A DNA stretch of 57,411 nt, taken from the IMG/VR virus record IMGVR_UViG_3300027844_000349, positions 1-57,411 of that record. One strand, 5' to 3'. The notes below the pieces were generated by a model. It had not been told where the DNA came from. It made no database searches and worked only from the letters and a program-made list of their open reading frames with translations. Position numbers and translations under genes: made by a program. This document shows, piece after piece, positions 45,395-55,888 of this stretch; the first letter of the stretch is position 1, and each line of letters opens with the position of its first letter. Origin of the DNA: a virus. Lineage: Duplodnaviria > Caudoviricetes.

Positions 45395-48300
45395 TTAATT
45401 CCCCTCCAAAACTTCTATTCTTTCTTTTAATTCTTTAATTGCTGCTACTAATGGGGCAACTAATGATTCATATGCAATGCCCCAATCAACAACCCCTGTG
45501 TCTGCATCAGTAACTTCTGAATACACAGCCATATCTTCGGTATACCCAGAATCCAAAACAGCTTGTTTCATTTCTTGAGCCGTAAACCCAAACTCAATTT
45601 CAGTTCTATCGACTCGATTAAATGTTATGGGGTTTAATCTAGTGATAAAATCTAAGCCCTTCGTAATAGCTACTTTATTTTCTTTTAAGCCTGCGTCCGA
45701 CGAAACGTCAGTAGCTAACGATGAGTACAGTCGTGCCCATCTTTTGGAACCTTTTCCTAAGTAGTAAGTACCACTAGCAGAAGGGTATATATCATTCATG
45801 ACAGTTACGTCAGTAGTTGTAAATCTCATTTGGATACTGCCACCGGCACTAATAGCTACTCCAGAATCATAATACATACCGGAAGTTAAGTGGTCATCAA
45901 ATGTATGTGAAGGGTCACCAGCAGAACCATCACCAGCTCTTACTTCATAACAGTCCGTGATAGTGTAATTATTCATATCTATATGAGAATCTATAGTCAT
46001 CCAATCGTTAGTACCATCACTAGTTGCCCACCACAAGTCTCTACCATTACCTCTACAGACCAGACCCTTATATAAACCAGAGGTATAGAAGTACAATCCA
46101 GTAGTAGTATCAGCCCTTCTACGAATACTTAGTGCACTTGACGTACCATCATCCACACTCATTGTACTTGTCCATGTATGTGCGCCTGTCCAAGTAGGAT
46201 TATCTCCTAATCCTACGCCACTACTGCTACCCGTAGTACTAAACTCTGTACCAGACAATGAAAGCCCAGAACCCGCTGTATAAGTAGTATCACTGTGTGT
46301 TCCATGCACAGAAGGAGCTTGCCAAGTAGCCGCTCCAGTAGTAGACCAGACCAGCAGCTGCCCCGATGAACCCCAAGGAGGAATATGTTCATACTGATTA
46401 CCAGTAGTGTGGCTAATAGTACCAGTAGCTGTAATGGGGCCACCAGTAATGGCTCCTGATGTAGCTACTGATGTTACTGTTCCACTGCCGCCGCTGCCGC
46501 TATTAGTTACCCATTCTAAATCCCAAATATAAGGACTAGTGGTAGTTCCCGACCCAGTAAAAGTTCCGCTTTTTAAAGCCAAGACTTTCCCTGCGCCGCC
46601 ACCGCTATAAGGAATCTGATAAATCATGCTATATGTTGGGTTGGCCTCCTTGACCCTATCCAATCCTACATAATTACCATCACTGGAGTCGTGTAATTTA
46701 GATGAAGATGATCCAGTAGCTTGAGCATAATCACCACTTTCCATAAAGACTAGAGGTCTATTACCAATAGCTACTTTACCCTTTAGGGGGTCAGGATAGA
46801 ATGCAATATCTTGGCTAAAAGATGTAAGAATTAGGTCATTAGGAGAAGTGGTTATGTAAAACTCATCACCTGAACCATACGTTAAGCTACCTGTCCCAGT
46901 AGTATAAATCTGGGCAGACGAAACATTAGACTCACCAGCCTCGTTCCACCAAACCCCAGAATTTACACTGTTTTCTAATTGTAGGCCAGATGTTATAGCT
47001 AACTTTGACCTTTTTACACTTTGGGTGGCATTATTATAGATAGACAAACCATCAACATCAATTACAGCAGCCCCACCTATGAAGTAGGCTTTACCGTCAG
47101 TTGCTTTAAGTTCAAACTGTGTCGTGTCTGTTGTACTAGCTCTGCTAACACCTTTGATAGAAGTATGACTCATATCAATATAGCTTTGACCACTAGCAGG
47201 AGAGAAGGCTGTGGCACCGGTCATAAAGAGGCCATCAATAGCAGCACCGTTCTGCTTTAATATAATTCTGGCGGTATTTACTAACCCGCCATCAATGGTA
47301 GTACTCCCGTTATTAATGGCATCCATATAGTCATGCTTATACCAGCCATTTCCAGAAGTAACTATACCACTAACACCAGCCGCACTAGCTATATATTGTA
47401 CCTGTGTACTAGTTTTTATCCATATATCACCCGCAGCAAAAGATACAGGGGTGGTTGCTGTTCCTTCTATTTGGAAAAGGGTGGCACCCTTTTCCCCTTC
47501 TGGGGCATTAGCATTTCTTATTTCCCATGTAGAGGTTGTCGAATCATAAACTTTAATTACTACAGGTGACGTGTTCAGGTCAAACCAAACATCATTATGA
47601 CGAGGATTGCTTGGAGTACTAGTTGAGGCTGTAGTTATTGTCTTTTCGGAAATCTCGGCACGGGCAGCTACAGTTAATTTACCAGTATCTAGTGTACCTG
47701 CTTGAACATGGGTAGCAATAATTGCATCTGCTGCTATAACTGTGGCATTAATCGTGGGTGCTTTAGAATTAAAGGGAAGAATTGTAGGAGATTTTTGAGT
47801 TGCATCAGCCCCAACTACGACTAGCCCTAATAATACTTTAGAATCTCCTGTAGCAGTCGCATGAGTAGTAGTGAAGGAAACTGGGAGGGTTCCCGTAAGA
47901 CCCGCACTTGTGCCATCTAGGTACATATAGTTAGTACTATTATTTGCTAAGTTGCCCGTATTACCTGCGGAAATTGTAACTACATCATCATTACCAAAGG
48001 TTAACGTAGATGCTCCACCAGAAGAACCATTATCCCACATAACCTGATTATAAAGATTATTCCTTGGCTTAACAGCTAGATTAGAAGTCCACGGTCTTGT
48101 TCCTTTTGCAAGTAAAGCCGTAGTCATAGAGTTAGGTTGTATAATTCTAGAGGCTTCAATAACTTGACTATCCACTCCTAGTACATTTGAAAAAGTGTTC
48201 ATAAAGTGGATATTTACCATACCCATACCATTACCTGAAGACCCATCAAAAGGTATGTTTACAGTGTATAAAGACCCATCCACATTAAAGTTTCCTTTAA

Positions 48301-51139
48301 TCTCTTTAGAGCCAGCATCTTCATTTGTACCAATTGTTAAATAGGCTAGGTTAATAAAACTAGGAGCCTTGGAATACCCATCATCATCATGAGTAAGTTC
48401 AGCCGCTTGAACATCATATGTACCATCAGCTTTTTCTGCATTCCGATCAAAGTATAACACATATTGCTTATTAGCTTGCATAGGGGAAGGATATGCCGCA
48501 GCAGTTAAGGCAGCATCCGTACTCCCAGGATTTAATTGAAACCTACGGCCTGGGTGACTAGATACAGAATGAACTTTAATCAACCCACCTGACCAAGAAA
48601 AGGAGTTATAATCACGGAGAGTCGCAGCAGCTAGGTTAGGGGCAGCACCATAGGCATGGTCATGCCACCATACCATACCTCTAGCTTCATAAGCACCGGA
48701 AGCTAACGCCATTGCATCTTGGGTTGTGGATTCAGCTAGTTCAACTATGGACGGAACTTGCTGAGAAATTAACTTCTTAGCTGTTTTGTACATGACTTTA
48801 TCATTAATACCAACAGTACCAATTTCAGAACTAACGTGACCATTATCCCATTCATAGATAATACTTGTTATTAAATGGTCACCTACAGTTACAGCCGTAG
48901 CATTATCAACTCGTATAGCCATGCCTGACCTTAAAGGAACATATATATTATATATATCATCTACTGCCCAGCCACCTACACCTGTAGATGATTCACTAGT
49001 AGTACCTAATAGAGATGTCTTAAAAAGATTGACTGTAAGTGCATCATTACTAGTATCAATTGCACTTATATACCCTGCAAATACCCCAGAGCTACTCTCT
49101 TTAATCACCGAACAGCCTCGTCGCATTCCATAGTCAAGGGGAGTTTTAGTCGCTGCTATAACAGGTTTTAACGAGGAAGTGCTGGTGCCACTTTGAGCTT
49201 CACCTGTCCATCTCATATGAGGCCAATCTTTAATTCTAAACATGCCACTTCTCATCCGTGCAATTTTATCGTTATTACCACCTGCTAACCTAGTACTAGC
49301 ATTCATTCTTATATAAGCATAGTATTCATCTGGCCCACCACCGAATTCCGCTATATCACTATAAGCAAACTTTTTTATTTGTTGGTCAGTTACTGGCGAA
49401 GACTTAAATTTACAAGCAATATATGTAGGAGTATATGTACCACCAGCATCTTCCTGCCCAGTTGTCCACCCTCTTTCATATAAGATATCGTTTTCAGATA
49501 AAGTTGCTATTATATCGTCTTGAGGTTCTGTTATGATAATATAGGGGTTCCCATTAGCATCTATATCTGAATACTGAATATTTCCTATCCATGTTTTAGT
49601 TGACCCCTCAAAAAACTGTTTAGCGTTAGTATTAGCAGTTGTTTGAGCACCCTCAGATTCACCAGTCTGCGTAAACACACCAGAATCTACCCCATTACTT
49701 TTATGTAAAGATGTTACCTGCTGAATAGAACGAACATCGAAATCGCCCTCTACTAGACTAGAAGAGGCACCATCCGCTCTTATAGGTTGGGCATACCTAA
49801 AAGTACCTATAGTCCCGTTTTCAATTAGGGGCTTTATATATAGTAGGGTAAAGACATCAATTCGTGCGGAGGCTGGTTTATCCCCTTTAACGCCTGGGTA
49901 CTTATCAGAAGTTCCCCCAAGATTTTTACTCCCTTCAGGTGTACCCTGTCTTCTATCATAGTTTCCTGATACATCTATTCTATATTCTGTACGACCTTTA
50001 TGGGTTATAGCTACATGTGTTACAATATCTTCTGAGAATCCTGCAAAATTAAAGTCATTAAACATATTACGAATTATATCATTACTCGTAGTTTGATTAT
50101 CATCAACACTTTCTGTTAGAGCATACTTAGCTGTTAAACCATACGTTTCGGGACTTGAGGTCGAATAGTGACCCTTCCTAAAATAAGTAAAATCTTGTTG
50201 AGGAACAGTACTTAACGCATGGATAGGGGTAGTCCTTGTTGCATCTAAGAAAAATTCAAAACCAATTCCTGCTGTACTAGCGTCTATATACCAACGTTCC
50301 GACTGTGCTAGGATTTGTATACGCCTTAAAATATCTGTATCATTGGCTGCAATAATGACTTTACCATACGAGTCATCAGCATCTTCCTTAGAATTATCTC
50401 TAAGTTCATCTCTCTGAAAAGCTTTAATATAACTAGAACCATTATCAATCTTATGATCTACATATCCTATGGCTTGGGTAGTAGCTGTACCATAAGTAGC
50501 TTTAAGAATGAAATCTTTAATCTGATCTAATCTACGAGAAATATTATAGGGGTAATTACCTGGGCCGTTTGTTATAGTTGTACCTTGCCCATTAGAATCT
50601 CCAACCCCCCTCAACTTTGTTTTTCTTTCCTCAGTACTAAAATTCTTGGTGTTAGCTCCTACTAAATCTTGTAGAACATCAAAACAAGTAAGCTTTAAAG
50701 TTGTACCTAGATTTGCAAGGAAAGGCTCCTCAGATTTATGTATTCTTCCAACAAACAAGGTCATAAAATTTGATGCATCATGTACAATAATACGAGTAAG
50801 TTCAGGAAGTAGGGCATTAAATTGATTTACCTGTCCATTTGCCAGGGGGTTTGAAGCAAAGGCTAGTGGATGTAATGAATCAATTTCATAAGCTTTACGA
50901 ACTGTTTGCCTGTTATTAATAATAAGATTACATTCTAGTGGAAGCCCAATATCATCCGTAATTCTGCACGAAATAACGGGGCTTCCCCCACTATATTGAT
51001 AGGGAAGATTAGCGTTTGTAATTGCTGCTGCATCATTATAAGCAGGATTAGTAACGCGATTCTTTAATTGTACCCATTTATGATTAGACGCAGTTGCGTC
51101 CGTATCATCGAAGTATAAAACCGTTAAATTTCCAGCCAT
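45395..51139 (-). CDS. large tail tip/fibre protein with C-terminal S74 intramolecular chaperone
   Basis: 1914 aa, G/S/T-rich; SSDAGLKENK..LNPITF..GFTAQE..LVAAIKELKERIE. Confidence 0.85.
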   Translation of the reverse strand: MAGNLTVLYFDDTDATASNHKWVQLKNRVTNPAYNDAAAITNANLPYQYSGGSPVISCRITDDIGLPLECNLIINNRQTVRKAYEIDSLHPLAFASNPLANGQVNQFNALLPELTRIIVHDASNFMTLFVGRIHKSEEPFLANLGTTLKLTCFDVLQDLVGANTKNFSTEERKTKLRGVGDSNGQGTTITNGPGNYPYNISRRLDQIKDFILKATYGTATTQAIGYVDHKIDNGSSYIKAFQRDELRDNSKEDADDSYGKVIIAANDTDILRRIQILAQSERWYIDASTAGIGFEFFLDATRTTPIHALSTVPQQDFTYFRKGHYSTSSPETYGLTAKYALTESVDDNQTTSNDIIRNMFNDFNFAGFSEDIVTHVAITHKGRTEYRIDVSGNYDRRQGTPEGSKNLGGTSDKYPGVKGDKPASARIDVFTLLYIKPLIENGTIGTFRYAQPIRADGASSSLVEGDFDVRSIQQVTSLHKSNGVDSGVFTQTGESEGAQTTANTNAKQFFEGSTKTWIGNIQYSDIDANGNPYIIITEPQDDIIATLSENDILYERGWTTGQEDAGGTYTPTYIACKFKSSPVTDQQIKKFAYSDIAEFGGGPDEYYAYIRMNASTRLAGGNNDKIARMRSGMFRIKDWPHMRWTGEAQSGTSTSSLKPVIAATKTPLDYGMRRGCSVIKESSSGVFAGYISAIDTSNDALTVNLFKTSLLGTTSESSTGVGGWAVDDIYNIYVPLRSGMAIRVDNATAVTVGDHLITSIIYEWDNGHVSSEIGTVGINDKVMYKTAKKLISQQVPSIVELAESTTQDAMALASGAYEARGMVWWHDHAYGAAPNLAAATLRDYNSFSWSGGLIKVHSVSSHPGRRFQLNPGSTDAALTAAAYPSPMQANKQYVLYFDRNAEKADGTYDVQAAELTHDDDGYSKAPSFINLAYLTIGTNEDAGSKEIKGNFNVDGSLYTVNIPFDGSSGNGMGMVNIHFMNTFSNVLGVDSQVIEASRIIQPNSMTTALLAKGTRPWTSNLAVKPRNNLYNQVMWDNGSSGGASTLTFGNDDVVTISAGNTGNLANNSTNYMYLDGTSAGLTGTLPVSFTTTHATATGDSKVLLGLVVVGADATQKSPTILPFNSKAPTINATVIAADAIIATHVQAGTLDTGKLTVAARAEISEKTITTASTSTPSNPRHNDVWFDLNTSPVVIKVYDSTTSTWEIRNANAPEGEKGATLFQIEGTATTPVSFAAGDIWIKTSTQVQYIASAAGVSGIVTSGNGWYKHDYMDAINNGSTTIDGGLVNTARIILKQNGAAIDGLFMTGATAFSPASGQSYIDMSHTSIKGVSRASTTDTTQFELKATDGKAYFIGGAAVIDVDGLSIYNNATQSVKRSKLAITSGLQLENSVNSGVWWNEAGESNVSSAQIYTTGTGSLTYGSGDEFYITTSPNDLILTSFSQDIAFYPDPLKGKVAIGNRPLVFMESGDYAQATGSSSSKLHDSSDGNYVGLDRVKEANPTYSMIYQIPYSGGGAGKVLALKSGTFTGSGTTTSPYIWDLEWVTNSGSGGSGTVTSVATSGAITGGPITATGTISHTTGNQYEHIPPWGSSGQLLVWSTTGAATWQAPSVHGTHSDTTYTAGSGLSLSGTEFSTTGSSSGVGLGDNPTWTGAHTWTSTMSVDDGTSSALSIRRRADTTTGLYFYTSGLYKGLVCRGNGRDLWWATSDGTNDWMTIDSHIDMNNYTITDCYEVRAGDGSAGDPSHTFDDHLTSGMYYDSGVAISAGGSIQMRFTTTDVTVMNDIYPSASGTYYLGKGSKRWARLYSSLATDVSSDAGLKENKVAITKGLDFITRLNPITFNRVDRTEIEFGFTAQEMKQAVLDSGYTEDMAVYSEVTDADTGVVDWGIAYESLVAPLVAAIKELKERIEVLEGN

Positions 51140-51149
51140 CTATTCTCTC

Positions 51150-51719
51150 CTAACTAAAAATTCTAGTCTTGGTATCAAATCTAGCTTCACATACAAACTG
51201 CATTTGGACAATCCACCTATCCTCTCTACCCGCATCTAATTGAAATCTAGCTTGCTGAAGAGCTACGACATAACTAGCACCCCCTGTAGCCTGTGGGTTA
51301 TTGCCTGCACCCGTTACTGGCGCACCAGTAGAATCTCTATCAAATATGGGATAAGTATCATCTCCTATAATCATAGTCAGTACATTGTTATCATCAGCAA
51401 CCCAAGTATATATTGCATCTTCTAATTTATTCTTATAAGGAATATAGTATTGTAGGCTTTGATGAGTTATAGCTTCCATACCCTCATATCCTAGGACTGT
51501 AGTTGTATTTACTGGAGCATTTTCTACTACAGCAGATAAAGTAATAGACGGACGAAATATACCAAAGTCTACTAATGCTGGACTATTCTGAGGAATGGGG
51601 ATTTGGATAGGTGTCTTAGCAATAGATATTGTAAGGCTGTCTACTTTAAGAGCATACGTAGTTGTAACAGCACTACCCGTTTCAGAGTTTACATGTTTTA
51701 AAAGAACAGCTAAATCCAT
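51150..51719 (-). CDS. putative distal tail/baseplate protein
   Basis: between tape measure and tail tip; PIQIPIP..SITLSAVV. Confidence 0.55.
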   Translation of the reverse strand: MDLAVLLKHVNSETGSAVTTTYALKVDSLTISIAKTPIQIPIPQNSPALVDFGIFRPSITLSAVVENAPVNTTTVLGYEGMEAITHQSLQYYIPYKNKLEDAIYTWVADDNNVLTMIIGDDTYPIFDRDSTGAPVTGAGNNPQATGGASYVVALQQARFQLDAGREDRWIVQMQFVCEARFDTKTRIFS

Positions 51720-51723
51720 CTGC

Positions 51724-52746
51724 TTACGACCTCCATGACATGGGCATTCGCTGATTAGCAGTGTTCACGTTATATAAATCTGGGTTGCGATTCACAGCCG
51801 TTTGTTCATCATTTGATTTATTAGCCATCAAAACCAAGGCTCCACCAATAGCTGCACCAGCAACAGCTCCTATTGCAGTACCTATCCCAGGAATCGCAGA
51901 GCCTATCATAGCACCCGTCAAGGCACCTCCTCCTATTCCCATCGCCAGTCCTGTTCCACCTCCTGTCATCGCACCACCTGCTACCAGACCAGCACCCATT
52001 AGACCAGCACCTCCACGCATACCTACTCCTCTTGCCATTCTCCCCATTCTACTTCCACCACCTCCTGTGACAGGTGGCCCGTATGGGCCGCCCCCGCCGC
52101 CACCTCGTGTTACAAGTGCACTATATATTTTCATTAGCCAAGTAACCGTGACTGTTTCGCCTTTCTTCCGAAGCAGCCCCAGTATCTTAAAACCCCCTAG
52201 TAATTTAGCTAAAAAGACTCCAATTATAAAGTACTGAAATATATCCTTTAGTACAGTGCCAACCTTACCAGGGAGAAAACTCGTAATAAACCTGACACCT
52301 TTAGCAATTGCTTGAATTACTTTAACAATCACCCCAACTATTTGTTCAGCCTTCGCTTGAATCCCAGGAATATTAGCAGCCATACTCTTTAGAGCTGCAA
52401 CTATTAGAGGCATAAATGGTGCTAAGATAACATCAACGAGAGCACCCAAGATTTGGAAAATGGTTCCTAGTGTACCAGTAAAAATTTGGGACTGCTTTAA
52501 GATAGAAGCAATACCTATATTAATACCTAAAGTATTACGTACATAGCCAGAAGTTTTTTTGTTTATACTATCTAAAGACTTGGTATCCTTACTTCGTGCT
52601 TTTTCTACCTCTCTATTATCAGTACGTGTGTCATTAGACTGTTTTACATCCGAAGGGTCAACAGCACCGCCAGGGGCATCAGCACCTCCAGCCATCTCTA
52701 AAATTATTTTACCAATTGTTGTATCGCCACCTTGTTGGGTTGTCAT
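51724..52746 (-). CDS. short tape-measure-like protein with glycine zipper
   Basis: follows the chaperones; amphipathic helices and GAMIGSAIPGIGTAIGAVAGAAIGG. Confidence 0.7.
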   Translation of the reverse strand: MTTQQGGDTTIGKIILEMAGGADAPGGAVDPSDVKQSNDTRTDNREVEKARSKDTKSLDSINKKTSGYVRNTLGINIGIASILKQSQIFTGTLGTIFQILGALVDVILAPFMPLIVAALKSMAANIPGIQAKAEQIVGVIVKVIQAIAKGVRFITSFLPGKVGTVLKDIFQYFIIGVFLAKLLGGFKILGLLRKKGETVTVTWLMKIYSALVTRGGGGGGPYGPPVTGGGGSRMGRMARGVGMRGGAGLMGAGLVAGGAMTGGGTGLAMGIGGGALTGAMIGSAIPGIGTAIGAVAGAAIGGALVLMANKSNDEQTAVNRNPDLYNVNTANQRMPMSWRS

Positions 52747-52762
52747 ATATACAGTCCTATAA

Positions 52763-52972
52763 TTATGTCATTCTGTTTTGTTGCTGGCTATTTGCCCTGT
52801 CTTGAAGTTCTTGTTCATAATCCGTTAGAGCCTGAATAGTGGCTAATATATGCTGCATATCATCATCACTAGCACTTACAATTAATTCCCACGGAATCTT
52901 CATCTTTAACAATGAGATGATAGTAATCCAATATACGTCTGTAAAATTATGTGCTAAGTTCTTTTCTGGCAC
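52763..52972 (-). CDS. tail assembly chaperone, -1 frame part (gpT-like)
   Basis: open in the -1 frame from the slippery site at 52996-53002. Confidence 0.65.
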   Translation of the reverse strand: MPEKNLAHNFTDVYWITIISLLKMKIPWELIVSASDDDMQHILATIQALTDYEQELQDRANSQQQNRMT

Positions 52973-52989
52973 CCCCCTTATATTTCTAG

Positions 52990-53388
52990 CTATCCTTTTT
53001 TTAGGGCATCCACACTTTGGGCTTGGTCTTCTCCAAAAGCCTTGGGTACAAGACTTTCCAGAGCTGCCCCTAACCGTGAATCAATGGATGATAGAAAACG
53101 CTCATCCGTAACGCCCCACGGAGCTTTTACAATCATCTGAGCTAAACAGGCTTTAACATATCCATCACCATCAAAGTCTACTTGACCACCGTCCTGCCAT
53201 TTTAAACATTCAGATATGATTTTATTCCGCTTACTCCAGGGTATGGGTTTCACCTGAAGCTCAATTTCATCACCCGTTTCAGGAATGGAAAGGATTTTAA
53301 TTTCAACATCAGAAGAAATTAGATACTTAGAAACATCAAATTCTACCCCTTCACTCGCTGCTGTACTCTTTTTTTGTTTAGTGGACAT
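52990..53388 (-). CDS. tail assembly chaperone (gpG-like)
   Basis: between tail tube and tape measure; ends CTA AAA AAA GGA TAG. Confidence 0.75.
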   Translation of the reverse strand: MSTKQKKSTAASEGVEFDVSKYLISSDVEIKILSIPETGDEIELQVKPIPWSKRNKIISECLKWQDGGQVDFDGDGYVKACLAQMIVKAPWGVTDERFLSSIDSRLGAALESLVPKAFGEDQAQSVDALKKG

Positions 53389-53397
53389 ACTTACCTC

Positions 53398-55386
53398 CTA
53401 TGGATAATACGCTTCTTGATCTCTTACAACTATTGTCATATTTCTAAATATCATGTCTACGGCTACTTGTAGGGGAGCATCTGTTGTAATCGTGTGTGGA
53501 GCAGACCTAATGAATGCACCACCACTGTTAACAGTTCCTGAAAGAGCTTTGCCTAAACTGCCAGGATCATGATCTCCTGAAGCAAGAGTCCCATGATGAC
53601 CAGAAAATTCGGTGGTAAGGTCGCTTCTATCTAGCCCAGGAATGTCTATCCAAATGGCATCTTCCCAGGTATGTGCACCGTTATCCTGAAATGTGCCCCG
53701 TACAAATTTAAGACTTATAGCAAAACCTGCATGACCCCCGTTAGCAGTATATCTACCTTCTAACAATAACTCTTTAAATAAAGAAGTAGCTTTATCAAGA
53801 TTTGTAGCTGTTCCTACAACAGTATTTGACCCTGTATCTGGAAGAGCTAGAGTACAAGTCATAGAATATTCACGGCGTTGTTCTCTAATTTCTGATGGCC
53901 CTTTATGATCACCATGCCTCTGTCCTATATAATAGCGGGGGTCTTCATTATTATTGATAGCAATATTAAATCCTCTCACCCTCGCAAATTCAGTACCATC
54001 TATTAATTTAACAGACCCACCAGAGAAATAGTAGGGTTCTGTAGTTGGGAGTTTTATATCAGCTACATCATACTTATTCATGATGGCATATCCAGGCATT
54101 CCTTGGGCTGCGAGTATGGTTCCATCTTCTACTGCCATTTCTCCTGCATTTGGATACCTCGATACCCCAGCCGTATGTGAAGCCTGATTATGAATCATGT
54201 CTTTAAATACAAGACTATCCCAGTTGACTGTTAGAAGCCCCCCTTCTTCAGCCAATATGGACATGGCTCCTACTTTTCCGCCAAGCCAGCGTCTATCAAA
54301 ACGTTGTAGGTTATTTTCCACGCTGTCTTTCATGCCCAAATGTAGGCATAAGGAATCTAAATCATTCTGTTCTAAAATATAATGAGTAACTCCAGATTCA
54401 GGAGTTACCAGATGTATATCGGCAAGGTTAGGATGACTATACTTAAAGGGATGCTCATATTCTACCCAAGCATTACTTGGGACAATTCTTTTAACCACAT
54501 TTATTTCAGGTGGATTAGTAGCCGTAGCTAAAGAAGGGTCTATTTCCGTTAGATTATACCCATCAGCTTGATACCCAACGAAATGGGGTGCACCTATTGC
54601 CCAATTAGCACCAGTATGAGCAGTATTGCTAGTTTTAACCCAAACATCCCCAGGTGAAATACCTCCAGTAACATTTAGATTAGTGTCTGTTAGTTGTCTA
54701 GGAATTGGAACTTCTGTACCAATTCCCCATCTAAGAGGCCACCCATTTAGAAGAATGATTCCATTCAAAGCACCTTGATAAGTATGCTGACCTGAATACA
54801 CACTAGTAAAGTTACGCATAGAAGATTGACCTAAGAAATATCTAGGTTCAATAGCCATAACTGGATCAGGAGTATCAATAGTATCATATACCCCAGGAAC
54901 AAACTTAATATGTTTAGACGTTGCTAAAAGCACATCTGCATCAGGAGATAATATACTGAGAACGGGTTGAACTCTTGTAGCTGAACCCCCACTGTAATTG
55001 ACTTGGTTATGATTAAATGCCAATGGTCTGTCTAGAAAAAACCATCCTTTATTACCAGTTCCACTATCTTGTTCTACATGCTCTATACGTCTGATTTCAG
55101 TATGCCCTGAATGAGCAGTTGCATTCGTATTAGGAACTGACCCATTAGCATCTGTAGGTGTGGGGGGGCCAATTGTAATAAAATCTCCTGGCTCTTTTAA
55201 TCGTGTATCACTAACATAAATTTTAGTTGTGCCAGGCGGGTAATTTGCAGGGCCATCGGCATCAAGAACTGTATCAGCTCCTGACCCTGTTCTTACATTT
55301 GTAATGGCTAATCTATCTGGATCTGCACCCGAAGATGTTTCCCTCATTATTGTTAGTTGTGCCTGGTCTGGTCGTAAGACAGCCAT
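53398..55386 (-). CDS. major tail tube protein with inserted domains
   Basis: VRGFNIAINNN..YYIG..EQRREYSMTCTL; position upstream of the chaperones. Confidence 0.7.
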   Translation of the reverse strand: MAVLRPDQAQLTIMRETSSGADPDRLAITNVRTGSGADTVLDADGPANYPPGTTKIYVSDTRLKEPGDFITIGPPTPTDANGSVPNTNATAHSGHTEIRRIEHVEQDSGTGNKGWFFLDRPLAFNHNQVNYSGGSATRVQPVLSILSPDADVLLATSKHIKFVPGVYDTIDTPDPVMAIEPRYFLGQSSMRNFTSVYSGQHTYQGALNGIILLNGWPLRWGIGTEVPIPRQLTDTNLNVTGGISPGDVWVKTSNTAHTGANWAIGAPHFVGYQADGYNLTEIDPSLATATNPPEINVVKRIVPSNAWVEYEHPFKYSHPNLADIHLVTPESGVTHYILEQNDLDSLCLHLGMKDSVENNLQRFDRRWLGGKVGAMSILAEEGGLLTVNWDSLVFKDMIHNQASHTAGVSRYPNAGEMAVEDGTILAAQGMPGYAIMNKYDVADIKLPTTEPYYFSGGSVKLIDGTEFARVRGFNIAINNNEDPRYYIGQRHGDHKGPSEIREQRREYSMTCTLALPDTGSNTVVGTATNLDKATSLFKELLLEGRYTANGGHAGFAISLKFVRGTFQDNGAHTWEDAIWIDIPGLDRSDLTTEFSGHHGTLASGDHDPGSLGKALSGTVNSGGAFIRSAPHTITTDAPLQVAVDMIFRNMTIVVRDQEAYYP

Positions 55387-55410
55387 AGTTTCCCCTCCGT
55401 AGTCAATACC

Positions 55411-55426
55411 TACTTATATATTATAC
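55411..55426 (-). promoter_or_regulatory. promoter motif GTATAATATATAAGTA
   Basis: identical 16-mer at 57294-57309. Confidence 0.55.
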
Positions 55427-55432
55427 TCTAAA

Positions 55433-55888
55433 TTAAGTGGTTTCCAAAAGGACTGCTTTGTTTTCTAGTTGGATAGTAATCACGCCTGTCCACAAGTTTA
55501 CTTGTTCTTGTGTAAGCTCTGAAAAGCTAAGGAATCTTACTCTTTGGAAGTTAGCTAGGCCATGTACCTTTACGTGGAGTATCCGTCTAACCTCTCTCAT
55601 AACATCATATAATCTCTGCCTATCTGCTAAAGTATATACTTGTAACTCAACCATATAATTTCTATTACCGTATTTATAGTTTCCTATGGGCTGTTCATCT
55701 ACCGCAGGATTACCTGCCTTACCTACTATCTGGTCATTCACGTTTAAATCAATACGTAGTGGGTCACCAGCCCCTGTAACTTCTACAAATCCAGGCTTTT
55801 TAGTACTACCTGAAACATTAGCATAAGTCCAAGTAGCATCTAAGATATCTAGTACATCACTAGCTGGTAATGGTTCAGTATTAGGCAT
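55433..55888 (-). CDS. putative tail terminator protein
   Basis: size and position; VELQVYT..EVRRIL. Confidence 0.6.
   Translation of the reverse strand: MPNTEPLPASDVLDILDATWTYANVSGSTKKPGFVEVTGAGDPLRIDLNVNDQIVGKAGNPAVDEQPIGNYKYGNRNYMVELQVYTLADRQRLYDVMREVRRILHVKVHGLANFQRVRFLSFSELTQEQVNLWTGVITIQLENKAVLLETT

Noticed and set aside
45395-51139. Diversity-generating retroelement target in the fibre gene
   Set aside because: No reverse transcriptase and no template/variable repeat pair seen in the window.
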